This document shows positions 8,714-18,000 of a stretch of 64,000 nt of DNA, piece by piece. The notes under the pieces were generated by a model. That model saw only the letters and a program-made list of their open reading frames with translations. It made no database searches and was not told where the DNA came from. Origin of the DNA: a virus. Within the stretch, counting starts at the first letter, position 1. Every line of letters begins with the position of its first letter. Location: UHGV virus genome UHGV-0245395, one strand, 5' to 3'. The position numbers and the translations under genes are program-made.

Positions 8714-8861
8714 AGAGTGCCCTAAATGTCACGGAAAGGATGATCACTGCCCTCTTTGCAAGGGTCAGGGGTTGGTGAACGAGAACGGGGATCCACCCAG
8801 CGTGGTAGAGGAAGGACAGGATAGTATTAAAAAGGTTCATGAAGATGAACTGAATCGTTAA
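8706..8861 (+). CDS. Small zinc-finger protein (51 aa, not in ORF track)
   Basis: MYRECPKCHGKDDHCPLCKGQG..., DnaJ-type CxxCxG motifs. Confidence 0.65.
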   Translation: MYRECPKCHGKDDHCPLCKGQGLVNENGDPPSVVEEGQDSIKKVHEDELNR

Positions 8862-8882
8862 TTTATAAATTAATTTTTTATT

Positions 8883-9245
8883 ATGACACAAGAACAATTT
8901 GACCGGCTGAAAGCCGAATTACAGGGAAACAAAGGTTACATCGAGATCGGTTTCCAATTCGCCAAAGGAATGATCATCGATAACGTGATGGTCGAGAAGA
9001 GAGCGGTGCTGGAATCGACCTTTGATTTCAACAAACTGGGTGATAACATCATTAACACTCTCCTTCAACAACAACTTCAGGCGAGCCCGCTTGAAGAGGA
9101 GAAACCGGCGGCTAAAGGAAAAACGGACGATCCTGAAGAAGAGGCGAGACGGGAAGCCATTATGAAAAAGGAGGCGATGCGAGCCAAAAGAGAAGAGGCG
9201 GAAAAATCGGCCGAGATGCAACCCAAACCTGCCATTAAAAAATAA
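8883..9245 (+). CDS. Hypothetical protein
   Basis: 120 aa, charged C-terminus. Confidence 0.7.
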   Translation: MTQEQFDRLKAELQGNKGYIEIGFQFAKGMIIDNVMVEKRAVLESTFDFNKLGDNIINTLLQQQLQASPLEEEKPAAKGKTDDPEEEARREAIMKKEAMRAKREEAEKSAEMQPKPAIKK

Positions 9246-9250
9246 GGCGT

Positions 9251-9706
9251 ATGTATTTCGAAGTTAAAGTTAAACATACCGAGACGAACGCTGAGGGGAA
9301 AGAGGTGAAGAAAACCTCTTTCTTCTTGATCGATGCCGAATCCTACACGGAGACGGAGGCGAGGACGGTCGAGGTGGCACGCGATTTGATATCCGGTGAT
9401 TATTTCATCAAATCGATCACGCGGTCGAAGTTAGAGGAAGTCATCTACGTGGGAATGAAGATCGGTGAATCGGATATCGATTACAATTACTTCAAGGTGG
9501 TGACAACGAGCATCGATGATGATGATTCAGGCAAGAGAAAAACTTTCAAGAATTATTTCCTCGTTCAGGCTAAAACGCCAGAGGATGTATCCGCTATTAT
9601 CGCGGATCGTTGTCGGGAATGGGTTCATGAATGGAAAATCACCTCCGTGGCTGAAGTCGCCGTCGATGAAATCTTCGAATATGAAGAGAAGGAGGCATCT
9701 GAGTAA
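9251..9706 (+). CDS. DUF4494-like protein (Bacteroidota family)
   Basis: YFEVKVK...EGKEVK...FLIDAESYTETEAR and FLVQA...W.ITSVAE pattern. Confidence 0.75.
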   Translation: MYFEVKVKHTETNAEGKEVKKTSFFLIDAESYTETEARTVEVARDLISGDYFIKSITRSKLEEVIYVGMKIGESDIDYNYFKVVTTSIDDDDSGKRKTFKNYFLVQAKTPEDVSAIIADRCREWVHEWKITSVAEVAVDEIFEYEEKEASE

Positions 9707-9741
9707 ATGAATAGAATTTCTTTTTGATTGAAAATTACACT

Positions 9742-9772
9742 TAAAGGGATGAAATTTCATCCCTTTATTTTT
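9742..9772. terminator. Perfect 26-bp palindrome, probable terminator
   Basis: TAAAGGGATGAAATTTCATCCCTTTA followed by T5. Confidence 0.7.
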
Positions 9773-9801
9773 GGGTAATTGATAAACTTATTGTATCTTT
9801 A
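9770..9801 (+). promoter_or_regulatory. Promoter plus operator
   Basis: TTTG-N20-TATCTTTA; GATAAAC-TTA-TTGTATC at 9781-9797. Confidence 0.8.
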
Positions 9802-9804
9802 CAT

Positions 9805-9946
9805 CGCTTTAAAAGTTTTGCGTTTACGCGGGTGGTGACGTACCTTCTACTTTGTAACAAGCGCCGATCCTCAGTTTAATTTTACGTTCACCACACCGAA
9901 CTTAAACTTCATTATTCTTTTAAGAGGTCTGAAAAGACCTCTTTTT
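9805..9946 (+). ncRNA. Candidate small non-coding RNA (about 140 nt)
   Basis: Own promoter and terminator, no ATG-initiated ORF; GTGGTGACGTA (9832-9842) pairs with TACGTTCACCAC (9883-9894). Confidence 0.55.
9922..9946 (+). terminator. Intrinsic terminator
   Basis: AAGAGGTCT-GAAA-AGACCTCTT plus T-run. Confidence 0.8.
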
Positions 9947-10000
9947 GTTTGATATCACCCGATTTCTTCCTAAATTTCAGACATGAATTATTAAAATAAC

Positions 10001-10483
10001 ATGATCATGGATTCAAATGAGTTAAGAAAATTAATTGAAACAACGCTGGGTAAACTCGCCTGTTTACCTTCCTATTCCACGATAAACAGGAAGGAAGCGG
10101 TTGACCTTTTGATGGGTACGTGCGCTCAAGAGAGTCACCTGGGAACCTATCGAAGGCAGTTGGGTGGTGGGCCCGCGTTGGGTATCTTTCAGATGGAACC
10201 GAATACGTTCAATGATATATTGGACAACTATCTGAAAGCTCGCACGCCGTTACGGGATAAAATCCTCGAAATTTCGAGTCTTAAAGAGTTTTCCCCGGAA
10301 GATCTCGTGGATAACGATATTCTGGCTATCTGCATGGCGAGAGTGCATTATCTACGCAAGCCAGACTCCATCCCGGCATCGCTGGACGGTCAGGCTGAAT
10401 ACTGGAAGAAACATTACAACACGTACCTGGGAAAGGGTACCGTGGAAGAATATAAAGCTAACTATAAAAGGTGGGTAAAATGA
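10001..10483 (+). CDS. Lysozyme-fold peptidoglycan hydrolase, putative endolysin
   Basis: LLMGTCAQES...GPALGIFQMEPNT (catalytic ES plus GxxQ) and YWKKHYNT. Confidence 0.65.
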   Translation: MIMDSNELRKLIETTLGKLACLPSYSTINRKEAVDLLMGTCAQESHLGTYRRQLGGGPALGIFQMEPNTFNDILDNYLKARTPLRDKILEISSLKEFSPEDLVDNDILAICMARVHYLRKPDSIPASLDGQAEYWKKHYNTYLGKGTVEEYKANYKRWVK

Positions 10484-10695
10484 AATACGTATTAGATTTT
10501 TTGAAAAGTGAAGGTTTTCTCTGTATGCTGATCACCTTCATGATCTGTTCCTTCCTGGGAACTTTCACCGGGCTGGTCGCGACCGTTATCATGTGGGTTT
10601 GCAACATGCTTTACGCGAAACGGTTTGACCTCTATAACACCATCGGTTTCGGTGGAGGGTTCGTTCTAACTATTTTTCAACATTGGATTAGATGA
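10480..10695 (+). CDS. Small membrane protein, possible holin
   Basis: Mostly hydrophobic; overlaps the lysin stop. Confidence 0.45.
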   Translation: MKYVLDFLKSEGFLCMLITFMICSFLGTFTGLVATVIMWVCNMLYAKRFDLYNTIGFGGGFVLTIFQHWIR

Positions 10696-10696
10696 T

Positions 10697-10882
10697 ATGG
10701 CGAAATCTTTCACGTTACCGAAAGACGGTGAGCGAATGGATGCCGCTTACATGAAGGCGGAATTCGAGCGAAATGGCTGGACTAAAGAGGAAGTCATTGA
10801 ATACTGGGAGAGCGAGAAGGTGAACCCGGATACGATTAGTGTTTTAATAAAGGAAATTTTTGGAGATGAAAAACTTGGATAA
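10697..10882 (+). CDS. Hypothetical protein
   Basis: 61 aa ORF, 1-nt gap. Confidence 0.55.
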   Translation: MAKSFTLPKDGERMDAAYMKAEFERNGWTKEEVIEYWESEKVNPDTISVLIKEIFGDEKLG

Positions 10883-11432
10883 AAGCGTGCCACGGTCTGG
10901 AAATGTCAGCGCGGCGGGGTGGTCGATCAATGACGGGTTGAATAACGCGTTTGAACTCACGGAGAATTCAACCGTGGTCGGAAGATTATCGACGCCCCTC
11001 TATCTCAAAGGTAATAACACGGATTTATTCCACTCTAAGAATCTGGCCAACTACAAGATATGGGACGCGAGTAACTTACCCGATCCGGCCAGAACATCGA
11101 TCTCCAATGTTTTCACAATGGGTCAGACCATCAATTCTCAAAACAATGTTCCTCTTTTACTGAATTACAGCGCCTCAGGCGCGACCGAGATTTTGGTTCG
11201 ATTGCAGCTTGAGGGTTCCACCAAGGGGGCTCTCGGTAACTCGGTGACGAACGGCACATTCCTTTACGATTACACCACGACCTCATATCTCGCCATAAAG
11301 GCGGACGGTGCGTATTACGGGAAGGAATCCTCGATGGAGAAGATCGTGACGGAATCGACTATCACCACGTTAACGAAACAGATAACGAATTTGGAACAGA
11401 GAATCGCCACCCTTGAAGGAGCCGGTTCCTGA
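10866..11432 (+). CDS. Stand-alone tail-fibre-like protein
   Basis: YKIWDASNLPDPA..SNVFT and IKADGAYYG match modules of the fibre at 46784-50395; C-terminal coiled coil. Confidence 0.7.
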   Translation: MKNLDKSVPRSGNVSAAGWSINDGLNNAFELTENSTVVGRLSTPLYLKGNNTDLFHSKNLANYKIWDASNLPDPARTSISNVFTMGQTINSQNNVPLLLNYSASGATEILVRLQLEGSTKGALGNSVTNGTFLYDYTTTSYLAIKADGAYYGKESSMEKIVTESTITTLTKQITNLEQRIATLEGAGS

Positions 11433-11458
11433 TCGAATTAGAAGTTAAAACAAATGAT

Positions 11459-11932
11459 ATGATATTTTACGATAGCTGGCTGGCCAAGTTGATACTTTTC
11501 GGCGATTACCACACGATCATGCTTTTCGGCGGGATTTTCACCAAGAAGAAGGCTCTTTCATCTCCTGTTATCCAGCATGAGAAGACGCATCAGATCCAGT
11601 TTCTGGAGGTGATGGAGGTGTTTCAGGCCCTGTTCATACTCGCTGACGCGATCTTATTCATCGTCGGTGTACCGGAAACGACCCTCGTTCTGATGTTGGT
11701 GTTAACCATTCTGGTTCCCCCTCTCATGTACTACGTGGTGTACGGGGTGGAATGGTTGGTGTCGATAATTCATTGGTTCTTCTCCAAGAAGAAGAAAGAT
11801 ATCGTGGAGGCCAACGGCAAGGCGTACCGAAACTCCGCCATGGAGATGGAGGCTCGTTTTAATGAACGGGTAAAAGATTACCTGTTGAAAAGAAGACCTT
11901 TCGCTTTCATTAAATATTACGGGTTAATCTAG
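11459..11932 (+). CDS. Membrane protein with HExxH zincin-like motif
   Basis: HEKTHQIQ, two TM segments, downstream EMEA. Confidence 0.6.
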   Translation: MIFYDSWLAKLILFGDYHTIMLFGGIFTKKKALSSPVIQHEKTHQIQFLEVMEVFQALFILADAILFIVGVPETTLVLMLVLTILVPPLMYYVVYGVEWLVSIIHWFFSKKKKDIVEANGKAYRNSAMEMEARFNERVKDYLLKRRPFAFIKYYGLI

Positions 11933-11957
11933 GTTTTTATTGTTACTGTGTTCATTG

Positions 11958-11992
11958 AGATCCCGGATTCATTTCCGGGATCTTTTCTTTTT
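11958..11992 (+). terminator. Intrinsic terminator
   Basis: AGATCCCGGA-TTCATT-TCCGGGATCT plus T-rich tail. Confidence 0.8.
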
Positions 11993-12087
11993 CCTCGGTT
12001 TTTCCGGTTTAGGTGGTTCCTCGTACCACCCGAGAAGGTTCCCCGGGGAACATTCCTTCCCGTTAATCATCACTCTTAACGGTCTTC

Positions 12088-12417
12088 TCATATCGCTTGG
12101 CTTAGAAGGCGACCGTCATCCAGCCACACGTTAAACGTAACCGTCTTGGATTCCTTTCCGTTCATCCTAACTTTCAACCGAATTTTATCGGCCGCCATGG
12201 ATGGGTAATCGATACCGAGGATTTCACACGGAACCCTCATCTTTCCCTTGGTTATACAGGCGGCGTGACCTTCTGTTACCTCTTTGATTCTTTTCCACAG
12301 AAGGTCGGTTAATTCCTCCTTCACCTCAGGTGGGTAATTTCTGGGTCGATTGTTACCGCACCACGTGCATTTTTCTTTCAGTTCCTCTATTCTTTTCGTC
12401 AATTCAGCGTCTTTCAT
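12088..12417 (-). CDS. Hypothetical protein
   Basis: 109 aa, last gene of the leftward block. Confidence 0.6.
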   Translation of the reverse strand: MKDAELTKRIEELKEKCTWCGNNRPRNYPPEVKEELTDLLWKRIKEVTEGHAACITKGKMRVPCEILGIDYPSMAADKIRLKVRMNGKESKTVTFNVWLDDGRLLSQAI

Positions 12418-12524
12418 GGTACTTGTTAAATTTTGTTTTTATCAAATTCATTTTATCCATCTTATTAACTACGTTTGGCGGCCGGAGATAATGGCTCCAA
12501 AACGCTAGAAAACATCAAATATCG

Positions 12525-12986
12525 CTATTCCTTCTCGAATCTAAACGTGAAATGGTCCGCGCCATCCAAGCTTCCATCACCTTTCATCACTTTCCAAACG
12601 TAATTCAGGGAGGGGAAGAGAACATTTTTGTTATCTTCCACCCAGGTGTAATTCCCGCTGTTGTAGATGTAAACCGTGTCGCGTTCATTGTCACCTCCAC
12701 CTATCTTTTTGAAATGGAAACGACCGTTTTCAATGAAACCGGATCTTTTCTCCACCACTTCGTCATTCTCCAGAAGTTTGATGATGGCATTACCTGATTT
12801 CTTCACTTCCATTTCGGCGGAGAAGACATGTGCGGGTAGGCCGTACTTGGTTATGTCTCCTTTCGGCTTGGTGTAGATGATTCCATCCGAGGTGTAACTG
12901 CCGGGATCAATCGTTTTACCGGTGTTACATGATACGAAAATCGCGAACTCGAGCATTAAAAATAGTTTCAAATAATTTGTTTTCAT
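12525..12986 (-). CDS. Putative lipoprotein
   Basis: MKTNYLKLFLMLEFAIFVS|C signal peptide with lipobox (ATG at 12986); beta-rich mature part. Confidence 0.65.
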   Translation of the reverse strand: MKTNYLKLFLMLEFAIFVSCNTGKTIDPGSYTSDGIIYTKPKGDITKYGLPAHVFSAEMEVKKSGNAIIKLLENDEVVEKRSGFIENGRFHFKKIGGGDNERDTVYIYNSGNYTWVEDNKNVLFPSLNYVWKVMKGDGSLDGADHFTFRFEKE

Positions 12987-12990
12987 GATG

Positions 12991-13296
12991 TTAATTGTTT
13001 TGTTTGTTGTTATTACTCTGTTTTCTCTGACGCTTTCCACCCAGTTTGTCTATCATCGCGTCGATATCCTTCTTCATTTCCTTCGCTTGAAGGGATAATT
13101 TCTCAGCCTGTGCGGCAAGGTCTCTCATTATCGCTTTCTTTTCAGCGTAAAGTTCACGGAGACGGATCGTTTCGGGGTCTTTGTCAACCTCCGCCCACTC
13201 TTGCCCTAGATCCCGCACCATCTCCATCAGGTTTTCATACTGCCTCATCTTACGAGCCAGTTTTTCTTGCAATTTATCCCTCTCTTCCTGTGTCAT
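12991..13296 (-). CDS. Coiled-coil protein
   Basis: Heptad-rich 101 aa. Confidence 0.65.
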   Translation of the reverse strand: MTQEERDKLQEKLARKMRQYENLMEMVRDLGQEWAEVDKDPETIRLRELYAEKKAIMRDLAAQAEKLSLQAKEMKKDIDAMIDKLGGKRQRKQSNNNKQNN

Positions 13297-13858
13297 AATT
13301 TAAAAATTTAGCGGTTAACTTCATTATATTCACTGTTTTAGTTTTTATTATTTCAATCAATCCCAGATCCTTTAACTTGGTCAATTTTTTTGAAATACGG
13401 TCGATATGAAGATCCAAAAATTCAGCGATTGATGCCCTGCACTTATGATATTCCAACTTCTTATTTTGAAAGGAATGGATGTCAGCGAGTATCATCATAT
13501 CCGTGAAATTAAGTTTGAAATCTTTCGTTAGTTGGATCAACCACGGAGGTATCCGAATGAATTTAGGGTGGTCATTCATCTTAGCCAGATTCATCCATTT
13601 ACTTCCTATATCCGAGTTGAATTTATAGGATGCCTCCCTGTCACTCCAATAGATGAAATCCTTATATTGGGACATAAGTTTATTAAATTGTGGTTTTGAG
13701 TAAATACATCGTTCTATGTAAAATTTTATAGGTGGTTTCTTGTTTCCCGGTGGTTGTAATGTTCGCATGAATGAAAGGAAAAATTCTCCTTCTAAATCGA
13801 GACCTAATTCTTGATAGGTGTATTTATAGATTAATATATCGTGATTTTCTTTGTTCAT
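13274..13858 (-). CDS. Winged helix-turn-helix protein (replication initiator-like or regulator)
   Basis: FIRIP...LNFTDMMILADIHSF...RASIAEFLDLHIDRISKKLTKLKDLGLIEI resembles wHTH of phage Rep proteins; next to iterons. Confidence 0.65.
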   Translation of the reverse strand: MNKENHDILIYKYTYQELGLDLEGEFFLSFMRTLQPPGNKKPPIKFYIERCIYSKPQFNKLMSQYKDFIYWSDREASYKFNSDIGSKWMNLAKMNDHPKFIRIPPWLIQLTKDFKLNFTDMMILADIHSFQNKKLEYHKCRASIAEFLDLHIDRISKKLTKLKDLGLIEIIKTKTVNIMKLTAKFLNYDTGREG

Positions 13859-13952
13859 TATGCAAATTATTTCGTTAAATATTTGTAGACGAACGATATA
13901 ATTTAACGAAGTGTTGCACGGCACTGAACAATCATACCGTTCATCTACACCC

Positions 13953-14002
13953 TAAAGATACGGCGTATAAATCAAACAACCAACAGATACACAAAGTTTA
14001 TT
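13953..14002 (-). promoter_or_regulatory. Leftward promoter with upstream operator
   Basis: Minus strand TTG(13983-13981)-N20-TATCTTTA(13960-13953); GATACAC-AAA-GTTTATT at 13986-14002. Confidence 0.75.
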
Positions 14003-14007
14003 TCTAA

Positions 14008-14126
14008 AAAGGAAAAAAACGGCAGAGCATAATTTGCGGTTTTTATGAAAAAAGGAAAAAAACGGCAGAGCATAAAGGAAAAAAACGGCAGAGCAGGTAC
14101 TCAAAAAGGGAAAAAAACGGCAGGGA
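14008..14126. repeat. Four iteron-like direct repeats (putative origin)
   Basis: AAAGGAAAAAAACGGCAGAGCA at 14008, 14051, 14074 and a variant at 14105, followed by an AT-rich tract. Confidence 0.8.
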
Positions 14127-14443
14127 TATAAAAGAATAATAGAATATTATAAGAATATGGATTATCAATAAATTGATAATCCTTCTTTAAATAAAGATAA
14201 AAGGGATCCGAAACCGGATGAACTCACCGGAACTCCTGCGGAGGTTCCTCTGCGTCCATCTCGGAATAAGGGTCGGCATACCGGAACCCCTAGCGGGGAT
14301 TCCTGCCGCCCTACCCACCTAGGGTAAAAGAAAGGTAGGAAGAAAATACGAGGTCGGTTTGTGTTATTAAAATTAAATCCGTATCTTTATCACGCTTATA
14401 ATACTCACGGTAAGTGAGGAAATTAGAATCAAAATAAATTGAT

Positions 14444-14998
14444 ATGATACTTTACAAATTTTTGAACGCAGATAAATCGGCATCAGCATCCTATGTAACG
14501 GACGCGTTTTATGATGTGAACGAAGAGAAATCATTGAAACAATTCTACGTAACGGAATTGAGAGAAGTTTCACCGGAGATAGTGCAAGCGGGGATCAACA
14601 TCCGTGTGGGAATGTATAACGAGGTGGATTTCATGAACATGGCTAAAATTTTCGGTCTGGCGTTGGAGAAATGGTCTGATAACATCTTCCTAGGTGAAAT
14701 CGTATCAGTACCGACCTCGGTAACCATGACTGTTTCATCTCCTACAGGGAATGTAGTTAAGGGAGCGGATCTTAAATTCGCTTGGACTGCGATCGCTAAC
14801 GCTAAGTTCTATGAAATTTTCTGTTACAGACAGGGTCACCCTATTGATTTCAGAAAACCGACTTTATCAACCACTGGCGTTACAATCACGGTTGAAAACA
14901 CTTTTGAACCTGGCGTGGTGGAATTCTTCATCCTAGCTTACTTGGAAGACTCGGTACAGAAAAGCCAGGTACTGACATTTAATTCGACTGTTGCTTAA
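14444..14998 (+). CDS. Probable virion protein with C-terminal FN3/Ig-like domain
   Basis: LKFAWTAIANAKFYEIF FN3-like strand pattern; TATCTTTA upstream at about 14382. Confidence 0.55.
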   Translation: MILYKFLNADKSASASYVTDAFYDVNEEKSLKQFYVTELREVSPEIVQAGINIRVGMYNEVDFMNMAKIFGLALEKWSDNIFLGEIVSVPTSVTMTVSSPTGNVVKGADLKFAWTAIANAKFYEIFCYRQGHPIDFRKPTLSTTGVTITVENTFEPGVVEFFILAYLEDSVQKSQVLTFNSTVA

Positions 14999-15010
14999 TA
15001 TGTTTATACG

Positions 15011-15044
15011 CGGATCTGGCTCTCTTAAAACAGGGTCGGATCCG
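15011..15044 (+). terminator. Intergenic hairpin
   Basis: CGGATCTGGCTCT...AGGGTCGGATCCG; weak T-tail. Confidence 0.45.
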
Positions 15045-15069
15045 TCCTTATTTGAAAAACTGAAAAGAA

Positions 15070-18000
15070 ATGAGTAGAAAGGGAAGAAAAACGGCAGTGG
15101 CTGGCCAGCGTGCTAGTGAATATGATCGCGTGATCAAGAGCATCGCCAGCATGTCGTTTGCAGAGCTAAACTCGCTGGGTGACGCCATTCCCACTATCTT
15201 GAATTCGAAGTTGCAAGCCTCGCTATCCTCGGATGACGTGGAAAAAGCGATAGAGGCGGGACTGTACATTGAAAAGGAAAGGATTCGCAGTACCGAGGCG
15301 AACAAATCCATATTCTTCCTACCTGACAGCATAGCCTATTCCGGCAGGGGGTACAAGGAAACGCTGAACCGTGTTTCCATGCAGACCCTTCAAAGAATGG
15401 GTAACCTTTATTGTGTCAAGAACATAATCACCACCCGGATCGAACAGATAACCCGTTTCTTGAAGTTCTCCACCGATGAACAGAAGGAAGGGTTCACCAT
15501 CCGGAAGAAAAGATCCCTGTTCGAGAGTACGGAGGATAAAGGGGAGATGACGAAGGCGGAGATGAAGCGGGTGGAGGAAATTGTTGATTTCCTAGAACAC
15601 GGAGGAAAGACGGATAAATGGGAGATGCCGGATTCGTTCGTGACCTTCGTGAGAAAGATCATGCAGGATTCACTATCCATAGACCAGCTGGCTTTCGAGA
15701 TAACCAGAACGAGAGGGCAGGAAATCGATAAGTTCAAGGCGGTGGACGGAAGTATGATCAGATTCTTGGACAGCGTTGACCCGGATTACGCCCATGAATT
15801 CGAAAGGTACAGATATAGAGGTTACCTACCGAAGTATTGCCAGGTATTCGACCAGCAGATTGTTTTCAACAAGCAACTGAATGAGTACGTGCTTTACTAT
15901 CCGTGGGAGCTGGGATTCGGAATCAGAAATATCGGCACCGATATTTGGAATAACGGTTACGGAAGAAGTGAGTTGGAAACCTTGGTGGAAATAGTTACAT
16001 ATATTCTGAACGGGGTGCAGTATAACGGTAACTTCTTCAAAAACGGATCTAATCCTAAAGGGTTCGTGAAGATGAACGGTCCGAACGCCAATCAAACGCA
16101 ACTGAATGATTTCAAACAGAAGTGGAGGCAGATGCTTACCGGAGTGGATAACTGTTTAGCAGGTGATTCGTTATTGGTATTAAAGAATATCGGGGTAACG
16201 TCCATTGAAGATTTTTTAAATGGATCACAAGAAAAAGAGGCGATCATTTGGACTGGGAAAAACTTTGAGTATGGCCGTGTGTATAGGACAGGTCTTAAAA
16301 AGAAATGTACATTAACCCTGGCAAATGGATTATCCATTACTTCATCGGATAATCATAAGTTTAAGGTTGTGTCGGATTCAGGAATTATAGAGTGGAAGGA
16401 GAGAAAAGATCTTAAAGTGGGAGATTTTGTTCTTTGTAATAAAAAACCTGTGGAAGGTACACGAAAATTTTATTATAAAGGCAAGGTGGTCGAGAACGAT
16501 CTTTTTGAGATTCTTGGCTGGTTGACCGGTGATGGCTATATTGATAACGGTGAGAGTCGTCGTAAAAGAATGGAATTATTCTATCACAGTGAAAAGGAAT
16601 TACATATAAGGGAGCAGCATCTATGTGTATTAAATCGATATGGCATAAATGCAAAATCGCAGGATTATTGTAGATCATTCGATCAGATAGAATCCTGTAA
16701 AAAGGTGTATGGGTTCAAATCTGTGGCGGATAAATATTGTAAAATAGGTATATTTGATGCTGATTTTTATGAATTTCTAATTGGTATTGGATTTACCTGT
16801 AGCCATGTAGGAAAGGTTATCCCACCTATGATACATGATATTGATTCGGAATCAAGGTGCGCGTTTTTAAGAGGATTTTTCTCCGCGGATGGTAGTGTTG
16901 TGAGTGAAGGGTTGGGAGTTAGGATTACAATTTCATCCGATCTATTACGATATCAAACAAGGATGTTATTGATATCGGAAGGAATACAATGTTCAATCGA
17001 GGAATATCATTCAAAAACGAGGTTACGTAAGTCCGATAAGAAGGGAATTCATCTTTTAGTGAAAGATAGACGAGAATTTTATGAGAGAATCGGATTCCTT
17101 CAACCACATAAACAGTTGGGGCATGATTATAAAAAAAATTACTCAACTATGTTTTCATTACACCCCGAAATGGGTAAACTCGAAGCGAAAAAGATGAGAG
17201 TTGAACTTTATCGGAGATGGGTTTTTGGTGAAAGTGGTTGTGTTGGCGATCAGCGATTAACGACGGATTTACACAGGATATCGATTGGAAAAGATAAATG
17301 TTCGTACCAGCGATTGACCGGTATCGCGGAGAGAATTGGATATAAACTTCATGATGAGTTTAGTGAATTTTGGTTCTCCCCTATAGTTGAACTGTCGTCC
17401 TTTGATGAGGAAATTCCAATGTATGATGTCGAAATATATGATAATAAGCATCAATTTATCGTAAATGGAATGCTTACTCATAACTCGCACAAAATCCCGA
17501 TCTTCGCGGGTCTGGATATTGAATGGGTTGACCTCCAGAAAGGGAACAGGGACATGGAGTTCGATAACTGGACTAAATTCCTTATCGTGATGCTGTGTTC
17601 TGTCTACAGAATAGATCCGAGCGAGCTTGGGTTCCAGTTCAAGGACGCGGCTAACCTTTTCGGCCAGCAAGGACAGAAAGAGAGGTTGGATCATAGCAAG
17701 CAAAAAGGTTTGTACCCCCTTCTGATATTCCTTCAGGATATCATTAATAAGTTCCTGATCTCGGAACTGGACGAGGACATGGAGTTCGCGTTCACCGGAA
17801 TCGAGGTGGAGGACGAAGAGAAACAGGTTAAACTTGACGCCGATAAACTTTCAGCGGGAATGGTCGCCATGCAGGATATGTTCAAGAAATATTCCGGTCG
17901 TGATTTTGACCCTGAGAAAGATATCATCCTAAATCAAGTGTACCAAACGCAGAAACAATCGCAAATGTTCGGCGGTGATACGATGAACGGTATAGTGGAT

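Noticed and set aside
9805..9920. tRNA or 6S RNA identity for the candidate sRNA
   Set aside because: No cloverleaf or T-loop consensus, and it is shorter than a typical 6S with no clear central bubble plus terminal stem; kept only as an unclassified sRNA.
14008..14126. Direct repeats as a mini CRISPR array
   Set aside because: Gaps of about 21, 1 and 9 nt are too short and uneven for spacers, the repeat is not palindromic and no cas genes are present.
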